64,000 bases of DNA from an uncultured Alistipes sp. Lineage in GTDB: Bacteria > Bacteroidota > Bacteroidia > Bacteroidales > Muribaculaceae. The translations under genes were made by a program, and so were the position numbers. This document shows, one piece after another, positions 38,404 through 47,704 of the stretch. The notes beneath the pieces were generated by a model. That model was not told where the DNA came from. It saw nothing but the letters and a program-made list of their open reading frames with translations, and ran no database searches. Numbering within the stretch: the stretch's first letter is position 1; each line of letters opens with the position of its first letter. The stretch spans positions 175-64,174 of the forward strand of contig CAYTBH010000002.1 of the NCBI GenBank assembly GCA_964435935.1, written 5' to 3'.

Positions 38404-39567
38404 ATGGAAAAGACATGGCGTTGGTTTGGGCCCAACGATAAAATCACGCTCGAAATGCTCAAGCAGATAGGCGTGGAAGGAATTGTGACTTCGCTCCATC
38501 ATATTCCCAACGGAGATGTTTGGTCGTTGGAAGAGGTGACGAAGATGAAGGAGTTCATTGAATCACACGGCCTGCGATGGTCGGTGGTCGAAAGCCTCCC
38601 GGTGAGCGAATCAATCAAGTTCGGCGGTCCCGACCGAGACCAGCTCATCGAGAACTACAAGGAGAGCCTCCGCAACCTTGGCAAAGCTGGCGTAAAGACT
38701 ATTTGCTACAACTTCATGCCCGTGCTCGACTGGGCTCGCACCGATCTTGAGCATCCCAACCCCGACGGGACATCAAACCTCTACTTCGACCGGGCCGAGT
38801 TCGCCTATTTCGACATTCACATCCTCAAAAGAGAGGGTGCCGAAAAGGACTATAGCGACGACATCCTTAAACGCGTCGAAAAGTTGAAAAACGAAATAAC
38901 GCCCGAGGAGAGCCACCGCTTGGTTGAAAACATCATCGTAAAAACCCAGGGATTCGTCAACGGCAATATTTCAGAGGACGACAGCGCGCCTGTTGAAACA
39001 TTCCGCGGCTTGCTGAAACTCTACGACGGCATCGACCGCGACACGCTGCGGGCAAACATGAAATATTTCCTGGAAGCCATCATGCCGGTGTGCCGCGAAT
39101 ACGACATCAATATGTGCGTCCATCCCGACGACCCTCCGCTGCAAATCCTCGGACTGCCGCGCATCGTCACCTGCGACGAGGACATCGAGTGGTTCCTTAA
39201 CGCTGTTCCCGACTCCCATAATGGCCTTACGTTCTGCGCCGGCTCGCTTAGCGCCGGGAGCCACAACAACGTTGTGGAACTGGCAAAAAAATATGCCGAC
39301 AGGACCCACTTCGTGCACGCCCGCATCTGCAACGTAATGCCCAACGGCGATTTCAAAGAATCGTCGCATCTCGATCCGCGGCTCATAGAAGTAATCCGCA
39401 CCTTTGAGACGAAGCGACCCGGGGTGCCGATGCGCGTCGACCACGCGCCGCTGATGCTCGGCGACGAAAAGATGGGCTACAACGCGGGCTACTCATTCCA
39501 TGGGCGAATGCTTGCCCTGGGAATGGTGTCGGGTATAATGGCGGCTTTAAGTTCACAAAAAAATTGA
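38404..39567 (+). CDS. uxuA: Mannonate dehydratase
   Basis: MEKTWRWFG, WSVVESLPV, CYNFMPVLDWART, HPDDPP, FCAGSL; start ATG 38404. Confidence 0.95.
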   Translation: MEKTWRWFGPNDKITLEMLKQIGVEGIVTSLHHIPNGDVWSLEEVTKMKEFIESHGLRWSVVESLPVSESIKFGGPDRDQLIENYKESLRNLGKAGVKTICYNFMPVLDWARTDLEHPNPDGTSNLYFDRAEFAYFDIHILKREGAEKDYSDDILKRVEKLKNEITPEESHRLVENIIVKTQGFVNGNISEDDSAPVETFRGLLKLYDGIDRDTLRANMKYFLEAIMPVCREYDINMCVHPDDPPLQILGLPRIVTCDEDIEWFLNAVPDSHNGLTFCAGSLSAGSHNNVVELAKKYADRTHFVHARICNVMPNGDFKESSHLDPRLIEVIRTFETKRPGVPMRVDHAPLMLGDEKMGYNAGYSFHGRMLALGMVSGIMAALSSQKN

Positions 39568-39569
39568 AT

Positions 39570-40382
39570 ATGAACAATCTCTTTTCAATACAGGATAAAG
39601 TTGTAGTAATCACCGGCGGAACCGGCGTGCTCGGCACGGCAATCGCTAAATATCTGGCCGCCGAGGGCGCGAAAGTCGTCATCCTGGGCCGCCGCAAAAG
39701 CGAAGGCGACAAAATAGTTTCCGAAATCAAGGCCAACGGCGGGGAAGCGATGTTCCTCGTCTCCGATGTGATGGATGCGGAAATAGTGCAAGCCAATTGC
39801 GACGAAGTGCTGAAAACCTACGGGAAAGTCGACGTTCTGCTCAACGCCGCCGGCGGAAACATGCCCGGGGCCACCATCGCTCCCGACAGCAACTTCTTCG
39901 GTGTAAAAATCGCGGATTTCCAAAAGGTTCTCGACCTCAACCTCACTGGTACAATCATTCCCACCCAGGTGTTTTTAAAACCGATGGTCGATGCCGGCAG
40001 CGGAGCCATTGTCAACTTCTCGTCGATGGCCGCTTTCCGCCCGCTCACCCGCGTGATGGGATATGCCGCCGCGAAAGCCGGCATATCGAACTTCACCGCT
40101 TTCCTTGCCAACGAGGTAGCCAAAAAGTTCTCACCAAAAATCAGGGTGAACGCCATTGCCCCTGGCTTTTTCCTGACCAATCAGAACAGGGCGCTGCTCA
40201 CAAATTCCGACGGCACGCTGACAGAGCGTGGTGCCGACGTGATCCGCCAAACCCCGTTCGGCCGTTTTGGCAACCCTGAAGAACTGTGCGGCACAATACA
40301 TTACCTCATATCCGAAGCCTCCTCGTTCGTGACCGGCACAGTCGCTATCGTCGATGGCGGATTCAACTCGTTTGTAATGTAA
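39570..40382 (+). CDS. uxuB: D-mannonate oxidoreductase (SDR family)
   Basis: TGGTGVLG, NAAGGN, PLTRV.GYAAAK, PGFFLTNQNR; follows uxuA. Confidence 0.88.
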   Translation: MNNLFSIQDKVVVITGGTGVLGTAIAKYLAAEGAKVVILGRRKSEGDKIVSEIKANGGEAMFLVSDVMDAEIVQANCDEVLKTYGKVDVLLNAAGGNMPGATIAPDSNFFGVKIADFQKVLDLNLTGTIIPTQVFLKPMVDAGSGAIVNFSSMAAFRPLTRVMGYAAAKAGISNFTAFLANEVAKKFSPKIRVNAIAPGFFLTNQNRALLTNSDGTLTERGADVIRQTPFGRFGNPEELCGTIHYLISEASSFVTGTVAIVDGGFNSFVM

Positions 40383-40431
40383 CCCTCCCCATCGTTATAA
40401 TGCGCGGCCCATAGCGGGCCAGCGAAAACAA

Positions 40432-40464
40432 CGAGGCCACCCTGGGATGCCCGGAGTGGCCTCG
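40432..40464. terminator. Hairpin between convergent uxuB and esterase
   Basis: cgaggccac / gtggcctcg stem with inner pairing. Confidence 0.55.
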
Positions 40465-40498
40465 ACTATTCTCTTTGAAGCTTAGCGTAGTCCGACCT

Positions 40499-42103
40499 TT
40501 AGAACTTGGCAGGTATTGTCGCGAGATGCCGCTCGACCGTCGCCGCGATTCTCTGGTGCCCGAGGTCGTTGGGGTGGAGGCGGTCAGTCGCGGGGTTGGC
40601 GATATAGATGCTGTTTGACTCCATCGCTGGATAGAGCCCGCTCTCGCTGAACAGATCGATAACCGGCACGCTCCACACCGAACCAGCTTGGCGGAGCGCC
40701 TCGACATAATCGTCGATATACAGCTTTTGGCCGTTTGCGAACTCCTCGGAGGGCTGCTCGTTTTTCTCGCTGAACTTCGCATAGCCGCGATGGATGGGCG
40801 TAAGAATCACCACTTGCTTGTCGGGATAATTTTCCTTGAGGAAACCAAGGACCAGGTTGATGTTTCCGCAGAATGTCGATGGATCGGTTGATTTCTCGCG
40901 ATGGAGCCGCTTAGTCATCTTACCGTTGGCGCTAACCTTCTGGGAAGTTTCGTCATAGAAGCGACCCATGGGAGTCGACCCGTTGAAGTCGTTGGTACCG
41001 GCCCAGATGAAAATCGCGTCCACATCGTCGCCATGCTCGCTTTTGAGCTTCTGAGCCATGCCGAGAAGGTCTTTCCATTTATAACCGCTCACGGCGTAGG
41101 GTATCGGCTCTATGCCGATGGATTCGGCAAGATAATCGTAGAAGCGCTTCTTAGTGATGGCTTTGCGCGGGTCGCTCATGGAGTCGCCAAGAATCGCGAC
41201 CTTTTTGCTTGCCCAGCTCTGACTGCCATTGTCCGGGTCGGCATACAGATTTGATAGCCAGCCGGTGAGATCGTTGAGCCAAAGCTGGTGATATGGCATC
41301 TTGTCGGGCCTGTAGGCCCATCCATGTCCCCCTTTGGGATAGATGCGCATTTCAACCGGCACCCCGTGCGAAGTAAGGGCATCGTAATAATCGTAGGAAT
41401 TTCTTACAGGCACCGTCGCGTCGTCGGCCGAAGTTGAGATAAATGCCCGTGGAGAGTCAGCGGTGACGTGCTTCTCGTTGCTATAATAATCAACAAGCGA
41501 TGAATCAGGCATCTCGCCAAGCAGGTTCTTTTTCGAGCCGCGGTGAGTTATGTCGTCGCTCATGGAAATCACCGGATAGAGAAGTACCTGGAAATTCACC
41601 CGCGACTCCTCGTCCAGCTGATGGGTGGCCACAGTCGAGGCGAGGTGGCCACCAGCCGAAGCGCCCCCAATTCCGATGCGGTCGGGGTTGATGCCCCACT
41701 CAGCCGCATGGCGGCGCAAAAGTCTCAGAGCTTGTCGGGCATCATCGGCAGGAACCTCGTGATGCCCGTTGGGCATTCGGTATTTTAGAACCGCCAATGT
41801 GATACCTCTCGAATTGAGGTCTTCGGCAAAGTCGGTGCCTTCGTGCGAGAACGCAAGCCCGGCGTAGCCGCCACCAGGGCACATCAACAGCGCCGTACCA
41901 TTGGGGTTTTCGGCAGGGAAAACAGTAATCGTTGGCTCTGAAACACCCGTCACCCAATTATGGTTGGAACTCTGTTCGGCATCGGCCGCTATGCCGTTAG
42001 CGGTGGGTGCTCCCTGGCCTTCCCAAATATTCAGTTCAACGGGTGTTGCTCCCCATGCGGCGCAGGAAACAAAAATTGATAATATGGCACTTACACTCTT
42101 CAT
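40499..42103 (-). CDS. Two-domain carbohydrate esterase (alpha/beta hydrolase + SGNH/GDSL)
   Basis: Signal peptide; PGGGY, GASAGGHLA, GGHGW; then ILGDS, GTND, DRLHP. Confidence 0.85.
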   Translation of the reverse strand: MKSVSAILSIFVSCAAWGATPVELNIWEGQGAPTANGIAADAEQSSNHNWVTGVSEPTITVFPAENPNGTALLMCPGGGYAGLAFSHEGTDFAEDLNSRGITLAVLKYRMPNGHHEVPADDARQALRLLRRHAAEWGINPDRIGIGGASAGGHLASTVATHQLDEESRVNFQVLLYPVISMSDDITHRGSKKNLLGEMPDSSLVDYYSNEKHVTADSPRAFISTSADDATVPVRNSYDYYDALTSHGVPVEMRIYPKGGHGWAYRPDKMPYHQLWLNDLTGWLSNLYADPDNGSQSWASKKVAILGDSMSDPRKAITKKRFYDYLAESIGIEPIPYAVSGYKWKDLLGMAQKLKSEHGDDVDAIFIWAGTNDFNGSTPMGRFYDETSQKVSANGKMTKRLHREKSTDPSTFCGNINLVLGFLKENYPDKQVVILTPIHRGYAKFSEKNEQPSEEFANGQKLYIDDYVEALRQAGSVWSVPVIDLFSESGLYPAMESNSIYIANPATDRLHPNDLGHQRIAATVERHLATIPAKF

Positions 42104-42190
42104 TAGACAAAATTTTTCTGCAATATTAGCAAATTTATTCCATACGCGCCACCGGGAAGCAAAAGTTCTCCATGAAAGCCCGCGGGCGAA

Positions 42191-43993
42191 TCAACGCACT
42201 GCGAACTTGACCGCGCCACTCGCCGAGGCAGCTACATAGCAACCGGCTGGAAGATGGGAATAATCAATCTCAGAAGCCGTTGATGCGATAACCGCGGCAC
42301 CGCAAAGGTTGTAGACCTTCACGAGTTCCGTTTGCGGGTTCAGAATTTTGCCACTGCCAATCGACAAGGAAGCATCGGCTTCATCATTCAGGCCGAGCGA
42401 GCTTTGCCCCCCTGTGAGTTTAACGAGCATCTGGGGACCTTTACCGGGGTTGGTGGTTGATTCCGACGCGGTGAAGCGGCTAAGAGCGCGCCACTGGTAG
42501 GGGGTGGTGATACGGAAAGTGACGTGCGTGGCGCCCTCGGCAATCTTATCCTTAACGAAATCCGTGACATTCCATCCAATATATGAGCCAATCATGTTCT
42601 GGGTGAGCAACGCGGTAGTGACCGGCTCAAACTGGTGGTTATGGTGTAGATCCCAGGTGAGATTGGCGGTGTAGGTCGAGGTGTTGCCGCCAAGTTCAAG
42701 GGTTTCAATGCCGTTGAGCTCGCGCTTTTCGCCCGAGTAGGTGCCAGCTACAAAACTCTCGTAATGAATGCGGATCCCTATCTGGGCAGCATCTGCGGGA
42801 ACTTCGGCGAGGGGAAAAGTAATGTAGATTTTGCGAGTCCATCCGTCGCCGTTCTTAAGGTCGAGAGTCTGGCCATCGGCGTGACCTTTGCTCTGTTCGG
42901 CCTGATGCACAAAGCTGTCATACGAGCAGTTGACAACCTTGTCGGCGAGATAGACAGTGTGCCGGGACGCGCCGGAAGCAGCCATTGTGCCGCGTGCGTC
43001 GCTCATGCCCGGAACATCGAAAACAGCATCGGCCCCGACATTTTCACGCTCCATGAAATAGGGGCAGTCCGCGATGGGGGCGCCTTCGGTTGCATCGGCT
43101 GAAGCTCCTATCGCGAAGGGGTAATGACCGCCGGTGAAGCTGACGAGCATTCGGGCTGTCTCACCGCGACGCACCAGTGGCGAGCACGGCTGCAATTTAT
43201 AATCAAACGGCGCTTCAAGGCCAACATACGCCGCGGCCTCCTCCTCGAAAATCTGGGCCATGCGGCGCTGTATGTAGCTATTGCTGCCGCGGAGTGGGTG
43301 CCACCCGTATTTCACGCCGTTGATAGTCTCGTTGTCGTGGGCATAAGCGAGGCTCGGCTGCGATTCTCCCGCGGCCGCGTCCAGACGCGAGAAGCCGATG
43401 TTTTCATCGAATTTCACAAGCGGGTAGCCCCATTTTTCGGCCAGCTTGCGCACCGCGGGGTTGTAGATCGTGCGGGAATCATGCCAGTGGGTGCAGAACA
43501 TGATTTTTACCGGCTTGCCGTTTTCGGTGCCATAATACTTCGACTCGGGATTGTCTTTCAATGCCCGGCAGTCGGCGATATAGCGCTTGATAACGTAGTC
43601 GTAGGCTATGGAATAGTCAGTTGTGGTGGCGATGGTGGTATAGTCCTCCCAATTCTCCTTCAACCACTGCTCGTTGGCCACGTTTTGGTTGTGCACATGC
43701 CCGAGAACAAACACATCGGTCTTGTCGAGCTCCTCGGTGGTATAGAAAGTGCCGAGATTCATCCGGCGGGCAGTATGATAGATAGCCTCACCACTCACCG
43801 ACTTATTGATTGCGTCAACTCCCAGGTCCTCGCAGGCAATCTCAAACCATCCGTTTTCAGGGATGGCAAACGAGGCTCCAGTCAGTAGGAAAGTCATGCG
43901 CTCCTGCTCCGGGGCGTCGTCTGAGGCGTATGCCGGGCATACTGCCGCGGCTGAGATGGTGGCCGCGATTAATGATTTTTTCAGTGATATCAT
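42191..43993 (-). CDS. Secreted DUF5040-like (SGNH-like) + DNRLRE/CBM96-like protein with T9SS-type tail
   Basis: FLLTGASFA, WHP; DSFV...LDLK...RKIYITF; tail VYNLCG...LPAGCYV. Confidence 0.6.
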   Translation of the reverse strand: MISLKKSLIAATISAAAVCPAYASDDAPEQERMTFLLTGASFAIPENGWFEIACEDLGVDAINKSVSGEAIYHTARRMNLGTFYTTEELDKTDVFVLGHVHNQNVANEQWLKENWEDYTTIATTTDYSIAYDYVIKRYIADCRALKDNPESKYYGTENGKPVKIMFCTHWHDSRTIYNPAVRKLAEKWGYPLVKFDENIGFSRLDAAAGESQPSLAYAHDNETINGVKYGWHPLRGSNSYIQRRMAQIFEEEAAAYVGLEAPFDYKLQPCSPLVRRGETARMLVSFTGGHYPFAIGASADATEGAPIADCPYFMERENVGADAVFDVPGMSDARGTMAASGASRHTVYLADKVVNCSYDSFVHQAEQSKGHADGQTLDLKNGDGWTRKIYITFPLAEVPADAAQIGIRIHYESFVAGTYSGEKRELNGIETLELGGNTSTYTANLTWDLHHNHQFEPVTTALLTQNMIGSYIGWNVTDFVKDKIAEGATHVTFRITTPYQWRALSRFTASESTTNPGKGPQMLVKLTGGQSSLGLNDEADASLSIGSGKILNPQTELVKVYNLCGAAVIASTASEIDYSHLPAGCYVAASASGAVKFAVR

Positions 43994-44033
43994 GATTGGT
44001 TATTTTTTCGGTTAAACGGTCCGGCAGCGCGGT

Positions 44034-46262
44034 TCATTCATCTGCAAAGGCGATTCCCGAGGTGACCTTGAAACTTACTTTGCCGCGGAGATCGGTGCTC
44101 GATGAGCCGGCACGAATAGTGAATTCATCGTCGTCGACCACCCAGCAGCGCAATCCGTCGTCGTAGTAAGCGAGTTCATTCACCGGGATGGCGACTGTTA
44201 CCTTCTGACGTTCGCCGGGAGCGAGCTCCGTCTTGCAGAAACCCTTTAGCTCTTTCTCGGGCCTCATGAGGCGTGGGTGCTTTTGCGACACATAGAACTG
44301 CACGCTCTCGGCACCGCGGCGCTTGCCGGTGTTCTTCACATCCATGGTGACGGTCACTGTGTCGCCGGGAGCGTAAATCTTCTTGTCGACATCAAGGTCG
44401 GCGTAGCTGAACGTGGTGTAGCTCAGACCATGGCCAAAGGGATAGCGTGCGGGGATTTTGCGGGTATCGTGCCAGCGGTAGCCCAGCAGGATTCCCTCGT
44501 CGTAATGCACTGTGCCGTCAACCCCGGGATAGCCTCGGTCGCCAAACGAGTGCGCCGCGCAATCCTCAAGTTTGAAAGGTATGGAGAAGGGGAGCTTGCC
44601 CGAAGGGCACACGTCGCCCGAAATAATGTCGGCGAGCGCGGCGCCACCCATGCTTCCCAGGTACCAGCTTTGGATAATAGCCGGCACGTTGTCGGCCCAC
44701 GGCATTGCGACCCCGTTGCCGCTCACAATCACGACCGCCATGCGGGGGTTCACCTTCACGAGTTGGGCGATGAGTTCGTCCTGGCCGAAGGGGAGGGAAT
44801 ATGTCGAGCGGTCCTCACCCTCGCAGTCCTGACTATAGTTTTTGTTCAACCCGCCAATAAAGAGCACAATGTCGGCTTTACCGGCAGTTTCAAGAGCCGC
44901 CAACCGCAGCGAGTCGGCATCGTAGGGCGACGGGAGTTCACGGGAATAATTCGGGTCGCCCGACGCATAGCCGAGCGAGAAGAGAATATTTTCCTCGCCA
45001 AAGCGCTTGCGAAGCCCGTCGAGCGGCGAAATCTCAATGCGCGGTTTCAGCTCCGAGCTGCCTCCGCCAATGCTGAGTTTCTTAACGGCGTTCTCACCAA
45101 TCACCGCGATTTTCACCCCCCCGGCGAGCGGGAGGAAGTCGCGGGTGTTTTTGAGGAGCACTATCCCCTCGCGAGCCACGTCGAGCGCGGAGGCCACATT
45201 GTCGTCGGTGTGCATCGAGCCCCAGGGGCGTTGGCGGTTCATATTGGTGCGGAGGCACAGACGGAGAACGCGGCGCACTTTCTCGTCAAGCAGACTCTCG
45301 TCAATCTCTCCGGCGAGAATCATTTCCTTGAGCGGCTGGGCCATATAGTAGCTATCGTAGGCATTGCTGCGCCCCCAGGTAAGCCCGTTAGTCCACGACC
45401 CCATCTCCATGTCGAGGCCGTAGAGCGCGGCCTCGCGTGTGTCGTGGGCCGAGCCCCAGTCGGTAATCATCACGCCGTCAAACCCCCATTGGTCTTTGAG
45501 AATTTTATTGACAAGCGTATCGTTGTGGGAGCAGAATGTGTCCTTGAACTTGTTGTAGGAGCCCATCACGGCCCACACGCCCCCTTTGGTGACACCGGCG
45601 TGGAAAGCCGGGAGGTAGAGCTCGTTGAGGGCGCGCTCGTCAACATCGACATTGACCTCGTCGCGGTTATGCTCCTGGTTGTTGAGCGCGAAGTGTTTGA
45701 GGCAAGCGGCCACGCCGTGGCTCTGGAGCGCCTGGATGTAGGGCACCACCATGGCGGAAGCGAGCATAGGATCCTCACCCATGTATTCGAAATTGCGTCC
45801 GCTGAGAGGGGTGCGGTAAATGTTCACACCGGGGCCGAGGATTATATCCTTGTTGCGGTAACGAGCCTCTGACCCCACGACATGGCCATAGCGCGAGGCC
45901 AACGCGGGATTGAAAGTCGCGGCGAGGCAGGTGAGCGCGGGCATTGCCGTGCAGGAGTCGTTGGTCCATCCGGCTGCGTGCCATTCGTCCCAGTCAAATT
46001 CCATGCGCACCCCGTGGGGGCCGTCGCTCATCCATACTTCGGGAATGCCGAGTCGCGGGCAACCGCGGGTGCTGAATTTCGACTGAGCGTGGACCATGGC
46101 CAGCTTCTCGTCGAGGGTCATGCGCGAAAGTGCGTCCTCAATGCGCACCGAGTCAGGTTGAGAATCGTCAAGATAGGGAGGCAGCCCGCTGCCGACCGCC
46201 ATCAGGGCGGCAAGCGAGAGGGGAAGAACCGCCAGCCTTATAATGTTGATTTTGCTAAACAT
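44034..46262 (-). CDS. GH3 beta-glucosidase
   Basis: SDGPHGVR, GRNFEY, KHFALN, ITDW nucleophile motif, C-terminal FnIII (ELKGF). Confidence 0.95.
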   Translation of the reverse strand: MFSKINIIRLAVLPLSLAALMAVGSGLPPYLDDSQPDSVRIEDALSRMTLDEKLAMVHAQSKFSTRGCPRLGIPEVWMSDGPHGVRMEFDWDEWHAAGWTNDSCTAMPALTCLAATFNPALASRYGHVVGSEARYRNKDIILGPGVNIYRTPLSGRNFEYMGEDPMLASAMVVPYIQALQSHGVAACLKHFALNNQEHNRDEVNVDVDERALNELYLPAFHAGVTKGGVWAVMGSYNKFKDTFCSHNDTLVNKILKDQWGFDGVMITDWGSAHDTREAALYGLDMEMGSWTNGLTWGRSNAYDSYYMAQPLKEMILAGEIDESLLDEKVRRVLRLCLRTNMNRQRPWGSMHTDDNVASALDVAREGIVLLKNTRDFLPLAGGVKIAVIGENAVKKLSIGGGSSELKPRIEISPLDGLRKRFGEENILFSLGYASGDPNYSRELPSPYDADSLRLAALETAGKADIVLFIGGLNKNYSQDCEGEDRSTYSLPFGQDELIAQLVKVNPRMAVVIVSGNGVAMPWADNVPAIIQSWYLGSMGGAALADIISGDVCPSGKLPFSIPFKLEDCAAHSFGDRGYPGVDGTVHYDEGILLGYRWHDTRKIPARYPFGHGLSYTTFSYADLDVDKKIYAPGDTVTVTMDVKNTGKRRGAESVQFYVSQKHPRLMRPEKELKGFCKTELAPGERQKVTVAIPVNELAYYDDGLRCWVVDDDEFTIRAGSSSTDLRGKVSFKVTSGIAFADE

Positions 46263-46282
46263 ATATATCGGTCAATGCTTTT

Positions 46283-47686
46283 TTAAATGAAATACTGGCC
46301 GTAGGCGCGCAGGCGTGCGCGGAGGTCGGCGGTGTCAACCGCGTGGGTGTCGGGGCGCGACGATTGCGAGGCCATGGCCGCGGCTATGCCGGCGGCTTCG
46401 CCCGTTACCAGGCACGGGGGCATCACGCGCAGCGAGCCGTAGGCCTCTTCGTCGGTCGATATGCAGCGCCCGGCGGTGAGCACATTCCGGAGCCCCTTGG
46501 GAGTGAGGCAGCGATAGGGAATGCCGTGGCTTTCGCCCTTTCCATAGTGCACATGGGGCACCCCGCTCTTGTGAATGTCGATGAAATAGCAGTTTCGGCC
46601 AATCTCGTCGTCAAACGTGCGGCGGGCGCGCCAGTCGTCGCCGGTGAACAGATAGTCGCCAACAATGCGGCGGCTGTCGCGGATGCCGGGGATGATGGCC
46701 GTCTTCACCACAAAGGCGTCGCGGAACACATCGGGGCGGAACTCTTTGAGCATCGCCAGATGCTGGTCGGCAACCCGCCGGCCCTTCATCATCGCTTCCG
46801 ACAACTCGACCGGATCAGTGGTGTTTTTGATTTCGAGATGGTTGGCGTTGAACTGCACCACACCGGGGCCTACCAGGTTGTGGCAGCAATGGGTGTCGAG
46901 CATCGGGTAGCGTCCCGTGCGTTGTGCCTGCACCGATGCGCAATCGGGATTGTGCCCGGCGTGCAGTTCAGGGCCGTTGAGGTATGCTTCGGTGTCGATG
47001 TTAGCCACGGAGAAACACAGGGTGCTCTTCTGGACCACGCCGTCGGAATCGCCCATCATGAACTCAGCCCCGGCCCAGGCACAGAGGTCGCCGTCGCCGG
47101 TGGCATCGACAACAACTTTCGGGCGATAGGCCGTCAGGCCGTCCTTGTTGGCCACGACTACCGCGTCGATTGTGTCGTTGGCCCCCATTTCAACAGCGGC
47201 TACACGCGAGAAAAACAGCACATCGGCTCCGGCCTCGGTCACCATCCTGTCGTACACACCTATGAGGTGCTCGGGGTTGATGGTCACCCAGTCCCATTTC
47301 CAATCGGGCTCGTGGGGCACACCCTTCTTAGCCTCAAGGAAAATCCGCTCGGCAAGCCCGCGGTAAACCACCTTTTCTCCATCGGTGAAGGGGCACCATG
47401 CGGGCACCATACCCGAAGTGCCCAGGCCGCCGAGGTTGCCAGTCGACTCGATAAGCAACGTGCGGGCACCCTCGCGGGCAGCGGCTATGGCAGCGGCGCA
47501 TCCGGCGGGACCACCTCCGGCCACAACGACATCGTATGAATCGTTGACCTTGATTTTGCGGTCTTTGAGTCGGATGGTTTTTTCCGCGCTTTTGTGCCCT
47601 GCAGCCCTCACCCCCTGCGGTAGGGCGGCCATGGCTGCCATAAGGGCGGCGGTTTTTATGAAACCTCTGCGGCTGATTGTTGACAT
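46283..47686 (-). CDS. Tat-exported FAD-dependent oxidoreductase (FAD_oxidored family)
   Basis: SRRGFIK twin-arginine motif, VAGGGPAG, DATGDGD, IPYRCL, AGRCIS. Confidence 0.85.
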   Translation of the reverse strand: MSTISRRGFIKTAALMAAMAALPQGVRAAGHKSAEKTIRLKDRKIKVNDSYDVVVAGGGPAGCAAAIAAAREGARTLLIESTGNLGGLGTSGMVPAWCPFTDGEKVVYRGLAERIFLEAKKGVPHEPDWKWDWVTINPEHLIGVYDRMVTEAGADVLFFSRVAAVEMGANDTIDAVVVANKDGLTAYRPKVVVDATGDGDLCAWAGAEFMMGDSDGVVQKSTLCFSVANIDTEAYLNGPELHAGHNPDCASVQAQRTGRYPMLDTHCCHNLVGPGVVQFNANHLEIKNTTDPVELSEAMMKGRRVADQHLAMLKEFRPDVFRDAFVVKTAIIPGIRDSRRIVGDYLFTGDDWRARRTFDDEIGRNCYFIDIHKSGVPHVHYGKGESHGIPYRCLTPKGLRNVLTAGRCISTDEEAYGSLRVMPPCLVTGEAAGIAAAMASQSSRPDTHAVDTADLRARLRAYGQYFI

Positions 47687-47704
47687 AACAGTCTGCTTTG
47701 TTTA

